Of a stretch of DNA of 20,000 nucleotides, positions 1 through 8,562 are shown in pieces. Position 1 is the first letter of the stretch; the number at the start of each line of letters is the position of its first letter. A model generated the notes under the pieces. The model searched no databases and was not told the DNA's origin. It worked only from the letters and a program-made list of their open reading frames with translations. The position numbers were made by a program, and so were the translations under genes. Source of the stretch: Craspedostauros australis (Eukaryota); the NCBI GenBank assembly GCA_030167865.1, contig JALAGF010003286.1:106607-126606 (forward strand), read 5' to 3'.

Positions 1-1
1 T

Positions 2-3000
2 GTGCAAATCGCCGCCGTACCCGTACTCCATGACGATGAGATGGTCGAGGGTGGCGGTGGCCTTCGTCATTTCGCCGATCCCACCAGTGCCGGGTGCCTT
101 CAGATGAATCTTGGGATACGTCGAAAGGTGATCCGCAATGTCGATGCCGAACTTCGTGACCGCCACATGCGAGGTGTCAAAGTCGCAGCCACCCGATTTG
201 GAATACATGGCCTTGATGGGGACGACGTACTTGCCGTCCATGCCGATGCGGCGCCTTACTTCCTGCTGGAAGACATCCTGCGATGTCATGAACTTGAGCA
301 CGACGCGCGTTTCCTTGCCTTTGCGTAATTCCGTCGCAACGATGATGATGCAGGATTCGGACACGTGCAACGGATCCTCGTCTTCTTCGATGCGATAAGT
401 CTCCAAGAAACGTCCAAACACCTGTCCCCACCTGCTAAGATCTTCCGACGAGGTTGATATGCGAGATCGCCTCGCAACCTCCGTCAGCGTGCGCCTTGAT
501 GCTGGTTTGCCACCAAAGGAAAATCTGAACGTGCGGTCGCCGCTGGTGCTCGTTGTGTTGCCGTTGCTGACCCCGCTGATGGACACTTCCTCAGCCGGCG
601 AGGCTCGCTGATGATGAATGAGTTGAAGCAACATACTTGCGGCATCCGGAGTGTCAAAGTCCGCGAGGATCTCCAACAACGTCCAGTCGGGCCGGAATTG
701 CAGATTCAGATCGAGGTTCATGACGTCATCCGCTCCTCCATCTTGCTGATCTTGTATGATGTGGATGAACGCTCTCAGAGACGTTGGATTGTCAAATGAA
801 AAGAGGGGCCTCAAGCGACGCGCGTCCTTCTGGTTTTGAAGGAGGATCTTCAGTCGCTGCACAGCGTGGGATTGCTGCAGGGTCGCCCAATCTTGAGAAT
901 TGATGCATTGCGACAGCAGGATGGTGATGGGAGATGCCCCCATGTAGTTGATGGTGTCCGCCGTTTCGGGATCGGCGTTGAACATCTCGCGGATGAATTC
1001 GGTCGTTTCAGCGGGCGACTCTACGTGCGTGCGATCTCCAGTGTTGCCGTCTTCTGTTGAATCAGAAGTGGTCGGACGATTGCCGAATTGGTACAACTGC
1101 TCCAGCAAATTGAACATCGCCGTGTTACCTCGGTTGTCCTGCATGCTGCAGATGGCGGGTCTGCCACGCATGACTGCACGCAGAAGCGGAACCGGCGCTC
1201 GCGAAACGGCACCGAGATGCATCGGAGTTGCGCGTTGCCGGTTTGTCATCCTCGCTGTTTTATCGTCGAGCAATAGACCGATTACGTCCATGCTGGCCAA
1301 GTTCTTCATGGCAAGATGCAGCGGACAGTTCAAGTCGCGATCCAGTTGCACCTTCAGTTGCGGACCACGTCGCAGCAATCTGGCGATGACGTCTGAGGAT
1401 GCACCGCATGCCACGCCGACATGCAACGCCGTCGATCCCTCAAAGTTCGTCACATCCAATTGATCGTCGCCGCTGTGATTGAGGATGGCATCCACCACGT
1501 CCACGCTGGCATCGTGCTGCATCGCCAAGTGCAACGGGATGCTCCGGCTTGCGCTGCGCTTCATCAGCACCAAGTCAGGGAACGTGCGGATGATGAGCTC
1601 GATGGTTTCCACAGATGCATGATGCAGCAAGGCCAGATGCAGCGCCGTCCAATGATCGTCGTTGTCCACGTCGATCTGCACCGCGTAGGGATTGTACTCC
1701 AGGAGGATGCGGATGATCGGGAACGGCGCATTGTACTCCAGGGCCCAATGCAGCGGGATCTTGCCGTCGCCATCCGGGATGGTGCAGGCCCGCGGGAAGG
1801 CGCGGATGAGAACGTGGGCAAGGTCGGGATGGTGCAGGAAGGATGCCATGAGATGAAGCGGCGATCGGTCGGACCCATCCACCACCGAGGCAACCTGGGG
1901 ATGCAGCGAGATCATGTTGAGGATGATGTCGACCGGCACCCTCTCGCGGATGCCGACGTGCAGCGGGGTTTGGCCTGCGCTGTCCTTGCGGAACACGGCC
2001 CTGGGGTTGTCCGCGAGGAGGGCGCGGATGGTGGAGTCGGTGCAGTGCCGCGACATGGCCAAGTGCAACCTGCTGCGTCCCGTCCCGCTAATCTCGGTCA
2101 TGCGTTGCAGCATGCAATCGAAGAGTTCGTCTGGGGCATTGAACTGCTCCCCCAGATCCAACGGGGTGCGGTGTAGGAAGTCCTGGACGTGCACGGCGTT
2201 GGGATGCGCGCGAAAGACCAAGGCGAGGGTCTCGACAGACACCGCATTCCTCATCGCGACGTGCAGCGGATGTCGTTTGTTGTTGTCCTGCTGACTGGCG
2301 GCCTTGGGATGGTACCGGATCAGAATGTCCGTCTCTTCCGCCGACGCGCGCTTGCACATGGCTCGGTGCAAGGGATTCCAGCCCAGGGGACGGTTGGGAT
2401 TCTCCGATTCCACGTCCAGCATGATGTCGTACTTCTCCAGCACGTCGCGTTCGTCGTCGTCCTTGACGTCCCTCCACCTGGCCTGCCGATTCATCGAGTC
2501 CAGGCGCTTGTTGAGCTGTTCCGGTTCCACCCCCAGCTGGATGAGGAGGTTCTTGCGTTCGCGCGTCGTGCCGTGATTCATGATGTGATCGATGGGCGTC
2601 ATGTCGTTGGCGTCCGTCTTCAGGCAGGCCCCGGGGAAGAGGTTGAAGACGCGCACCACGAGGTCGACGTTGCGGTTGTGGATCATGCAGAGATGCAGCA
2701 CCGTGAACTGGCGCAGATCAATGACCTTCGCCGCGTCTGGATTGGCCTCCAGAACGGGCAGCAGCGACTCGTACGGCGCCGCGACCTCCACGCCGATGTG
2801 CAGCGCCGTGCGGTTGAGGCTGTCCAGGTGCCACGCCGCCGATGGGTTGCTCTGCAGCAGACGGCGCACGGTGTCCTCGTTGCAGCGATGCTCCATGGCG
2901 ATGTGCAGGCGCAAGGCGCGACGTTCCCCGCCCGTCGTTTCGGGACATGCCGGCAGCAGGCAGTCGAACAAGCGCGTGGGGGCGTGGAATTGGATTCCGA

Positions 3001-3307
3001 TCTCGATGGGCGTGCGCTCGTAGCGTTCCTTGGCCATGAGCTCGTTGGGGTGGATCGATTCCAGGATGGCCATCATGAGCTCGGTCGTGATCATGTTGCG
3101 CATCGCGAGATGCAGAACGTTGCGTCCCGTGCTGTCCCTGCGATTCAGCGACTCCGGATCGCCCTGCACCAGCAGGCGGAACGTCGCGACATCCGCATCG
3201 CGGATCACCGCCCTGTGCACCGGCATCAAGCCCAGATCCTCATCGGTCTCGAGTTCCGGGATGCGCTGGCTGTGCTCACGCACTGCGAGTTCGTATGCTG
3301 ACGACAT
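2..3307 (-). CDS. Ankyrin-repeat protein kinase, 3'-partial (>=1102 aa; ~20 ankyrin repeats then a kinase N-lobe)
   Basis: Manual translation from the ATG at 3307 (MSSAYELAVREHSQ...) found no stop to the window edge, which explains its absence from the ORF track. In-register antisense shadow ORFs (2..328, 1421..2176, 2189..3301) mark the same frame. Recurring ankyrin cores include GRNVLHLA, NRTALHIG, GWNPLHRA, GQTPLHVG, GKIPLHWA, HWTALHLA, GSTALHVG and NCPLHLA. Kinase motifs: VVLKFM (Lys 293-295), QQEVRRR (alphaC Glu 260-262), hinge LIVMEYGYGGDL (Met 29-31). Confidence 0.88.
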   Translation of the reverse strand, partial: MSSAYELAVREHSQRIPELETDEDLGLMPVHRAVIRDADVATFRLLVQGDPESLNRRDSTGRNVLHLAMRNMITTELMMAILESIHPNELMAKERYERTPIEIGIQFHAPTRLFDCLLPACPETTGGERRALRLHIAMEHRCNEDTVRRLLQSNPSAAWHLDSLNRTALHIGVEVAAPYESLLPVLEANPDAAKVIDLRQFTVLHLCMIHNRNVDLVVRVFNLFPGACLKTDANDMTPIDHIMNHGTTRERKNLLIQLGVEPEQLNKRLDSMNRQARWRDVKDDDERDVLEKYDIMLDVESENPNRPLGWNPLHRAMCKRASAEETDILIRYHPKAASQQDNNKRHPLHVAMRNAVSVETLALVFRAHPNAVHVQDFLHRTPLDLGEQFNAPDELFDCMLQRMTEISGTGRSRLHLAMSRHCTDSTIRALLADNPRAVFRKDSAGQTPLHVGIRERVPVDIILNMISLHPQVASVVDGSDRSPLHLMASFLHHPDLAHVLIRAFPRACTIPDGDGKIPLHWALEYNAPFPIIRILLEYNPYAVQIDVDNDDHWTALHLALLHHASVETIELIIRTFPDLVLMKRSASRSIPLHLAMQHDASVDVVDAILNHSGDDQLDVTNFEGSTALHVGVACGASSDVIARLLRRGPQLKVQLDRDLNCPLHLAMKNLASMDVIGLLLDDKTARMTNRQRATPMHLGAVSRAPVPLLRAVMRGRPAICSMQDNRGNTAMFNLLEQLYQFGNRPTTSDSTEDGNTGDRTHVESPAETTEFIREMFNADPETADTINYMGASPITILLSQCINSQDWATLQQSHAVQRLKILLQNQKDARRLRPLFSFDNPTSLRAFIHIIQDQQDGGADDVMNLDLNLQFRPDWTLLEILADFDTPDAASMLLQLIHHQRASPAEEVSISGVSNGNTTSTSGDRTFRFSFGGKPASRRTLTEVARRSRISTSSEDLSRWGQVFGRFLETYRIEEDEDPLHVSESCIIIVATELRKGKETRVVLKFMTSQDVFQQEVRRRIGMDGKYVVPIKAMYSKSGGCDFDTSHVAVTKFGIDIADHLSTYPKIHLKAPGTGGIGEMTKATATLDHLIVMEYGYGGDLH

Positions 3308-3353
3308 GACACCGATGCGCGCGTTTGGTATGCACGGTTCACAGCGACAATGT

Positions 3354-3390
3354 GATGAGATTGGATGAGACTGGATGAGACTGGATGGGA
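3354..3390. repeat. 10-bp tandem repeat (GATGAGA[C/T]TG) x3 plus partial copy
   Basis: gatgagattg gatgagactg gatgagactg gatggga, ~50 bp upstream of the ankyrin-kinase ATG. Confidence 0.85.
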
Positions 3391-3423
3391 TGTGACCACA
3401 GTGCTCTCTTTTGCTTCCTTTCG

Positions 3424-3426
<3 letters not shown>

Positions 3427-3454
<28 letters not shown>
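3427..3454. repeat. (CT)14 microsatellite
   Basis: Perfect CT dinucleotide run read directly, in the upstream region of the ankyrin-kinase gene. Confidence 0.95.
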
Positions 3455-3457
<3 letters not shown>

Positions 3458-3942
3458 CCGTGGATGCGAACAGAATGAAGGAGGTGTTGTGGCTGAATGG
3501 ATTCGGATTCCGTTCCGTCCTGTGCAGGTTTGGATTTTGTGCGGTCCTGTGGCTGTTCCTTCGCCACTTTGATGCCATTCGCTTTGCTCCTTGTCGAGTT
3601 TGTTTGCATCGCAGAACGCCGCAGAATCACCGTTGCCGTAATACCCGTGTCTGGACTGATTGGACCAATTGTCAGTACCTGCGACATCAAGACGACGAGT
3701 GTTATCCACGTCTGTGTATCATTTGGAGAAGCTACTCACGAATGAGAAGTGCTTGAATCGATGGTGTTCTTTCAGGGATGCTTGAATCCATTGAGTCAAT
3801 GGTATGTCTGAAACATAGACATGGTTGTTGCAGACAGACAGACGGACAGTGTCAGTCTCCTACAAACAGACAGACAATCGAGAATGCTGCCCTTTTCGAC
3901 ATTCAATAGAGAGCCTCAAACATGAAACCTATGCACATTACA

Positions 3943-6030
3943 TTACTCGACAACAGATGCACAACCAACTCGCGGCCCCTCCAGGGTGCTCCAATGCGCC
4001 AAGGACTCCGCAAAGACGTCCGGATCGTCCATGGCGTGCTGCCAAAAGGCTTGATTCAAGGCATCGCCGGTCTTCTGCCACCGCCGATGGCATTGGTTGT
4101 ACATGATGGCCGGGATGCCGACAGTGAGAGCGCCGTACGCGCCGAGGGCAGGGATGACGTAGGGATTGGACGCCGCGAGGGAGATCTTGGTCGTGTATCC
4201 CATCCATCCCCAGACTCCGCTAGCCGGGACGCTGACCTGGACGTGCGCGGCGGCTGCTGCCAGCGTGGATGTGGATTTGATTTGGCTGGCTGCAGTGCTT
4301 TCAAGCAACGACGCTGCCTGCAGCGTGGACCAATGCCCCGTCTTGCACCACACGGCGACGCATTCGCAGTTGGAGTAGAGGACGTGGTAGTTGGGGATGG
4401 CGGTCGGGTGCGTCAAGAGGAAATGGACTCGCGCCAGGATGAGGCCGACTGCGTCTCCCTTTTTGCTTGTGGACGTGCCAGCCCTTGACAGGAAGTGCCG
4501 TTTCCAAAACGGTGCCTCGTACTGGACCTTATGCCATGTGTTGATGTGATTGTGCTTGTCCTGATCGGAGCTGGTGATGGTGCGGATGATGCCTGGTTGC
4601 GCCATGGAGAACAGTGACTTTTGTTGCTGATCGAATTGCATTTGTTCCTGCCGTTGCTGTTCGTCCTCCTGAACCTGCTTGGTCTGCGATTGCAGATTGG
4701 AAAAGTCGGCGATTGTGACCTTGTACCTTCCTTTTGTGGCGGTTGTGGTAGCTATTGATTGCGTTTGAGTTTCAGCGACATTGGCATTGGCAGTACCATC
4801 GGCATTGGAACTGCTTGTCTCTTCTGCGTCTTCCACATGTGATCGAAGGTTGATGGATTCGATAGAGGTCTCCTTGTCATTGTCTGCAACAGTGGGAGAT
4901 GCTTGTTCTCTGTCGCGATTCGCATCGCTCTCATCCTTGCTGATTGGAGCGTTTCTGACTACATCACCGTCGCCTTTGTTGTCGATATTCGTCCCAGCAT
5001 CACCGCTTACATCAGGCGCTGCACCCGATGAAGCATCATCGTTCTCGTCACATGCAATCTCCTCTTCGATATTGACGACAATCCCGTGATGCTGGAAGAC
5101 GTAGGGCACACCCAGCAGGGATCTCCATTGGTAGACATGGTCACCAATCTCCAGCTGATCGAGCGGCACGGGCGGCTCTGGGATGATCTCCATGCGTTCC
5201 CATTGTGCTTCGCTGGCATCCTCGAAGACTCGCTCGCACGACGACATGATCTGCTCCTTCTGCTGTTGCTCGATCGTGACCTCGTTCGGTGGCGCATGAT
5301 CCGTGTGTTCAGCGTATAGAGGATGTTGTACAAGGTCATTGTCACACGATCGCGCGTGTTCGGAAATCGCCTCATGCTGGTCCATCGAAGGAGCATGATA
5401 AAACTGCAAAGATTGCTTGCGAGACGTCTTGGTGGCATCGAGATGCAGCACTTCGGATTCCGTCATGGAATGCGCAAAGGAGTAGGATCGCGTGGCCTGC
5501 AGGCTCAGCGATGGTCGAAAGGTAGGGTCCTCGTCTTCGGAATCGGAGGACACCACGGGCATCGGGTACATGTGATTGTGGATGCCGCTGCGTCGTGCGG
5601 GGGTCGTCATGGGTGGCTGTTGATGGCGTTGTGGCGCAGACTGTCCTCGAGGATCGTACTGTGCTGCTCGTTGCAGGAGGAATGCCTGGATGCTGTTGTC
5701 GCTGCCCTGCTGATTTCCACGATGATGCCGATTGCTGCCTCCGCCATCCGCAACGCCTCGATGGTGCAATGCTGCGCTGGATGTGTCAGGCCGCGTGCTG
5801 CCTCCGAACTTCACGAAGCCAAATCCGAAGCCTCCACGGTTACTCTCGTTATTGTTTGCACGCCCATCGTTGCCATCGCTATCGAAGGAACCATCATCGC
5901 TGCCATCCGCATTGCCACCATCAATGGTGATGTCAATCAAGGACGATGAAACGTCATTGACCGAAGCAACCGGAGCCATCGTTTGCCGTGTCAGCAACGC
6001 CATGATACTACAGAGAGAGTATGGCCTCAA
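3943..6030 (-). CDS. LRAT/NC-domain protein (permuted NlpC/P60; HRASLS/PLAAT-like) with long low-complexity N-terminus
   Basis: 695-aa ORF. Contains LEIGDHVY...FQHHGIVV (H-box, 5083-5091) and YHVLYSNCECVAVWCKTG (NC motif 4360-4371), then a hydrophobic Ala/Gly-rich C-terminal segment, the usual LRAT-family layout. The true start Met is uncertain. Confidence 0.85.
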   Translation of the reverse strand: MRPYSLCSIMALLTRQTMAPVASVNDVSSSLIDITIDGGNADGSDDGSFDSDGNDGRANNNESNRGGFGFGFVKFGGSTRPDTSSAALHHRGVADGGGSNRHHRGNQQGSDNSIQAFLLQRAAQYDPRGQSAPQRHQQPPMTTPARRSGIHNHMYPMPVVSSDSEDEDPTFRPSLSLQATRSYSFAHSMTESEVLHLDATKTSRKQSLQFYHAPSMDQHEAISEHARSCDNDLVQHPLYAEHTDHAPPNEVTIEQQQKEQIMSSCERVFEDASEAQWERMEIIPEPPVPLDQLEIGDHVYQWRSLLGVPYVFQHHGIVVNIEEEIACDENDDASSGAAPDVSGDAGTNIDNKGDGDVVRNAPISKDESDANRDREQASPTVADNDKETSIESINLRSHVEDAEETSSSNADGTANANVAETQTQSIATTTATKGRYKVTIADFSNLQSQTKQVQEDEQQRQEQMQFDQQQKSLFSMAQPGIIRTITSSDQDKHNHINTWHKVQYEAPFWKRHFLSRAGTSTSKKGDAVGLILARVHFLLTHPTAIPNYHVLYSNCECVAVWCKTGHWSTLQAASLLESTAASQIKSTSTLAAAAAHVQVSVPASGVWGWMGYTTKISLAASNPYVIPALGAYGALTVGIPAIMYNQCHRRWQKTGDALNQAFWQHAMDDPDVFAESLAHWSTLEGPRVGCASVVE

Positions 6031-6454
6031 CAGATAGATGTCACGTATTGGAGTATGGTGTGATCGTGTTGTGTACGACAGAATGGAATGTCGAGTATGG
6101 TGCCAAATGTGATGCGTGGAACGACCAAGATGGATGATGCCAAACCATGGCGATGCAGAAGCAACTTCGGTCCCACAGAACGTGGCTCTTCAATTGCCTG
6201 CCTTCGTGGGTTTCGTTGGTCCATGTGCAACAGCAATTCGCTTCGTTTGTTTTTGTCACGCTGTTTGCTTCCGCCAAATTTGAATTGTTTCGTATTTGGG
6301 TCTAACGAAGTGCATTTTGAAAGTATCCGTGACTGAGTGAATCATGCGCTCGGATCTGACTCATCTTTCGCCGTCGTCGATTTCGTTGTGCTTCATCGTG
6401 TGCGATGAGAACTGTGGAACCAACATCGAAAGTGCTGTTCATCAGGCCGCCCAC

Positions 6455-6490
6455 GACGATGATGACGATGATGATGGTGATGGTGATGAC
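6455..6490. repeat. Imperfect (GAT/GAC/GGT)n trinucleotide repeat
   Basis: gacgatgatgacgatgatgatggtgatggtgatgac read directly. Confidence 0.8.
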
Positions 6491-6622
6491 GGCAACGTCG
6501 TTCATGTGTGCATTCCTTGCAACTGACGAATCCATTGCGCCCCCATCGTGAACAGAGTACCATGCAAATACGATTGCTCCCTTTGCTCGTTCCATTCCGT
6601 CACGTTCTCATTGTTCATCCAT

Positions 6623-6649
6623 CCATCACAACCATCACAACCATCACAA
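6623..6649. repeat. (CCATCACAA)3 tandem repeat in the putative 5' UTR of the methyltransferase
   Basis: Three perfect 9-mers at 6623-31, 6632-40 and 6641-49, ending 19 bp before the ATG at 6669. Confidence 0.9.
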
Positions 6650-6668
6650 CCAACTCAATTCAGCAACC

Positions 6669-7949
6669 ATGAGACTCACGTTCGCTTTACTCAGCACCTG
6701 CCTGGTGATGGCACCCGCATTCCAGATGCTGTCCACGACGCAGCGCGGCACTGCCACAGCGTTGCAGGACACGGCGACCGAAGAACTCGAACTCCAGAAG
6801 TCCAAGCTGCTGCAACTGATTGGCCCCAAATCGTACGAGGATCCCGTCCTCATGGATCCCCTCACGAAGGAAGCCCTGCAGATTTCCGAAACCAAATCGG
6901 TGCGATTCGGCGACCGCCGCATGGGCGGCAATGCCAAGATCACCGTGCGCTCCGCGTCGAACGTATTCGACGTGACGCCGAGTTACACGGATCTGTTGCA
7001 AGCGTCGACGCCATCCATTGCGCGACAACTGCTGCCGTTGATTCCGGTGGCATTGCGCTCGCGCCTTTCGTCGGGCAATGGCGATGAAATCATTCCGATG
7101 CGCGATCTCTTCACGTCGCCGGCCGTGTCGTTCGCCTACGAGCGTGGTTGGCGTCAGAACTTCATAGCCGCAGGATTTCCAGGTCCAGATAAGGAGGCCG
7201 AGCTGGCCATGGAGTTCTTTGGCAACAAGGATGATTCGACCGTGTTGGTTGACATGAGCTGCGCGACAGGTACGCATGGATGTAGTGGGTGCTGCGGATG
7301 TTGTGGATGTTGTGGATGCTGTGGATTGGATGGTGCTATTGTGGTTGTATGAGTATTCCGCACGACATGACTTTCCTTGAATTCAATTCAATTCAACGCT
7401 CACAACCCTCTCATCCATCTCAACTCCATTCCCAAACACCCAATACCTCAATACTCCACAGGCCTCTTCACACGCCGCTTCGCCCAAACCAACAAATACA
7501 ACCGCGTGCTGGGTTGCGACTATTCCGATTCCATGTTGAACGAAGCGCGCCGCCGCATCAACGCGCAACCCGACCTCGACGACAACCTGGAATTGATCCG
7601 CCTCGATGTCGGCAACATCCCCATGCAAAACAACACGATCGATTATCTGCACGCCGGCGCCGCGATGCACTGCTGGCCCGAGTTGGATCGCGCCGCGTCC
7701 GAGATATACCGCGTGCTGAAACCGAATGGCGGCAAGTACTTCGCGACGACCTTCCTGGCCGAATACTTTCGGATATTGCAGCGCAGCGATGGAGCACAAG
7801 CAAGTTCGGGGCCGTCGAAGCAGGCCTTTCAGTATTTCTCGTCGACGCAGTCGTTGAAGGATCTCATGGTGCGCGGCGGATTCGATGCCGATAAGGTGTC
7901 CGTCGAGGTGTTGGGATCGGCGTGCGTTGTGATTCGGGCGGAGAAGTGA
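6669..7949 (+). CDS. Plastid-targeted class I SAM-dependent methyltransferase (UbiE-like/Methyltransf_11; similar to plant plastoglobule methyltransferases); join(6669..7269,7462..7949), 362 aa
   Basis: Splicing joins the 6669 and 7377 ORFs in frame and rebuilds SAM motif I VLVDMSCATG/LFTRRF. Also has VLGCDYSDSML, IRLDVGNIPM, HAGAAMHCWP, EIYRVLKPNGG and the family-typical LFTSPAVSFAYERGWRQNF...GFPGPDKE. N-terminus MRLTFALLSTCLVMAPA-FQ is a signal peptide plus Phe (ASAFAP-type). Confidence 0.92.
7270..7461 (+). other. Spliceosomal GT-AG intron, 192 bp, phase 1
   Basis: Donor ACAG/GTACGC and acceptor CTCCACAG/GC. Contains an in-frame TGA (7350-7352) and a (GGATGTTGT)-type 9-mer repeat (~7296-7326). 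Removal restores the G/GC Gly codon of motif I. Confidence 0.92.
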
Positions 7950-8562
7950 TGGGCTGTAGTCGTGCTGAGTGCGGATACGAGCGGCGTCCGTACGCAGACT
8001 GTTGCTCATACATGAAAGAATTCAATTCAATGACAATGACAATGAAATACTGTTGCCATGGTCGTACTCGATGACATACAATAAGTACTCCGCATCACTT
8101 GACCCGCAACAACACCATGTCCTTGACAAGGCTGATGAAGTGGATAGGATAGCATGTAAAGGTTGGCTTAGGCGTTTATTCTACTAAAATCTTCAAGACA
8201 AGACATGATGCATCGCTGGGTCTGTGCTCTGCCATACTCCAGAGTAATCGCTGTTGTCACTGGAATCATTTGATGAGGGTCGACATTGATCTGATGCAAT
8301 TGGAGAAGCGCCGCAGGGGTATTGTGTTTATCCCCGGCACTGTTTGTTCTGTGCTGGTTCATTTGCATGCGTGTTCACATGCGTTGAGAGTACTCGCACA
8401 GCTCGTCATCCAACGCAAGATTCCGATGCACCAAGTCGCACACTCCAAGTAGGATGCACGCCAGCATGCGAAGCACCGCGCGTTTACCCCCATATCCATC
8501 TGAACGACGTGCACAGATGGTGGCGTTTCGACGCGTGTTCCACTGCAACAGAACCAAGCGCA

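Larger units (their letters stand above)
6031..6668. promoter_or_regulatory. Divergent intergenic region (probable bidirectional promoter)
   Basis: 638 bp between head-to-head start codons of the LRAT gene (-) and the methyltransferase (+). Inferred from gene geometry only. Confidence 0.45.

Noticed and set aside
1421-3301. Long plus-strand ORFs 1421..2176 (251 aa) and 2189..3301 (370 aa)
   Set aside because: They are codon-for-codon antisense shadows of the ankyrin-kinase frame, kept open because it rarely uses TTA/CTA/TCA-complementary codons; no motifs of their own.
3354-3454. Short tandem repeats as a CRISPR-like array
   Set aside because: Units are 2-10 bp with no spacers, in a eukaryotic context with no cas genes.
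6344-6595. Short ORFs with poly-Asp or Ile/Thr runs
   Set aside because: They are products of the (GAT)n repeat in the divergent promoter region.
6623-7326. Pairing between the 5' UTR (CCATCACAA)3 and the intron (TTGTGGATG)n repeats
   Set aside because: The units are not exact complements (TTGTGATGG vs TTGTGGATG), and similar C/A- or G/T-rich repeats are common in this window.
7270-7352. Cys-rich tail GCSGCCGCCGCCGCCG of the 227-aa ORF, resembling a metallothionein
   Set aside because: It is read-through into the intron's 9-mer repeat; splicing at 7270 restores the methyltransferase motif.
8204-8294. Possible C/D-box snoRNA (ATGATGC...TGATGA...CTGA) between convergent genes
   Set aside because: Box C is imperfect and there is no terminal stem. 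The putative guide pairs with a remembered LSU rRNA segment only via several G-U pairs. TGATGA and CTGA are common here; it would need snoscan or small-RNA data.
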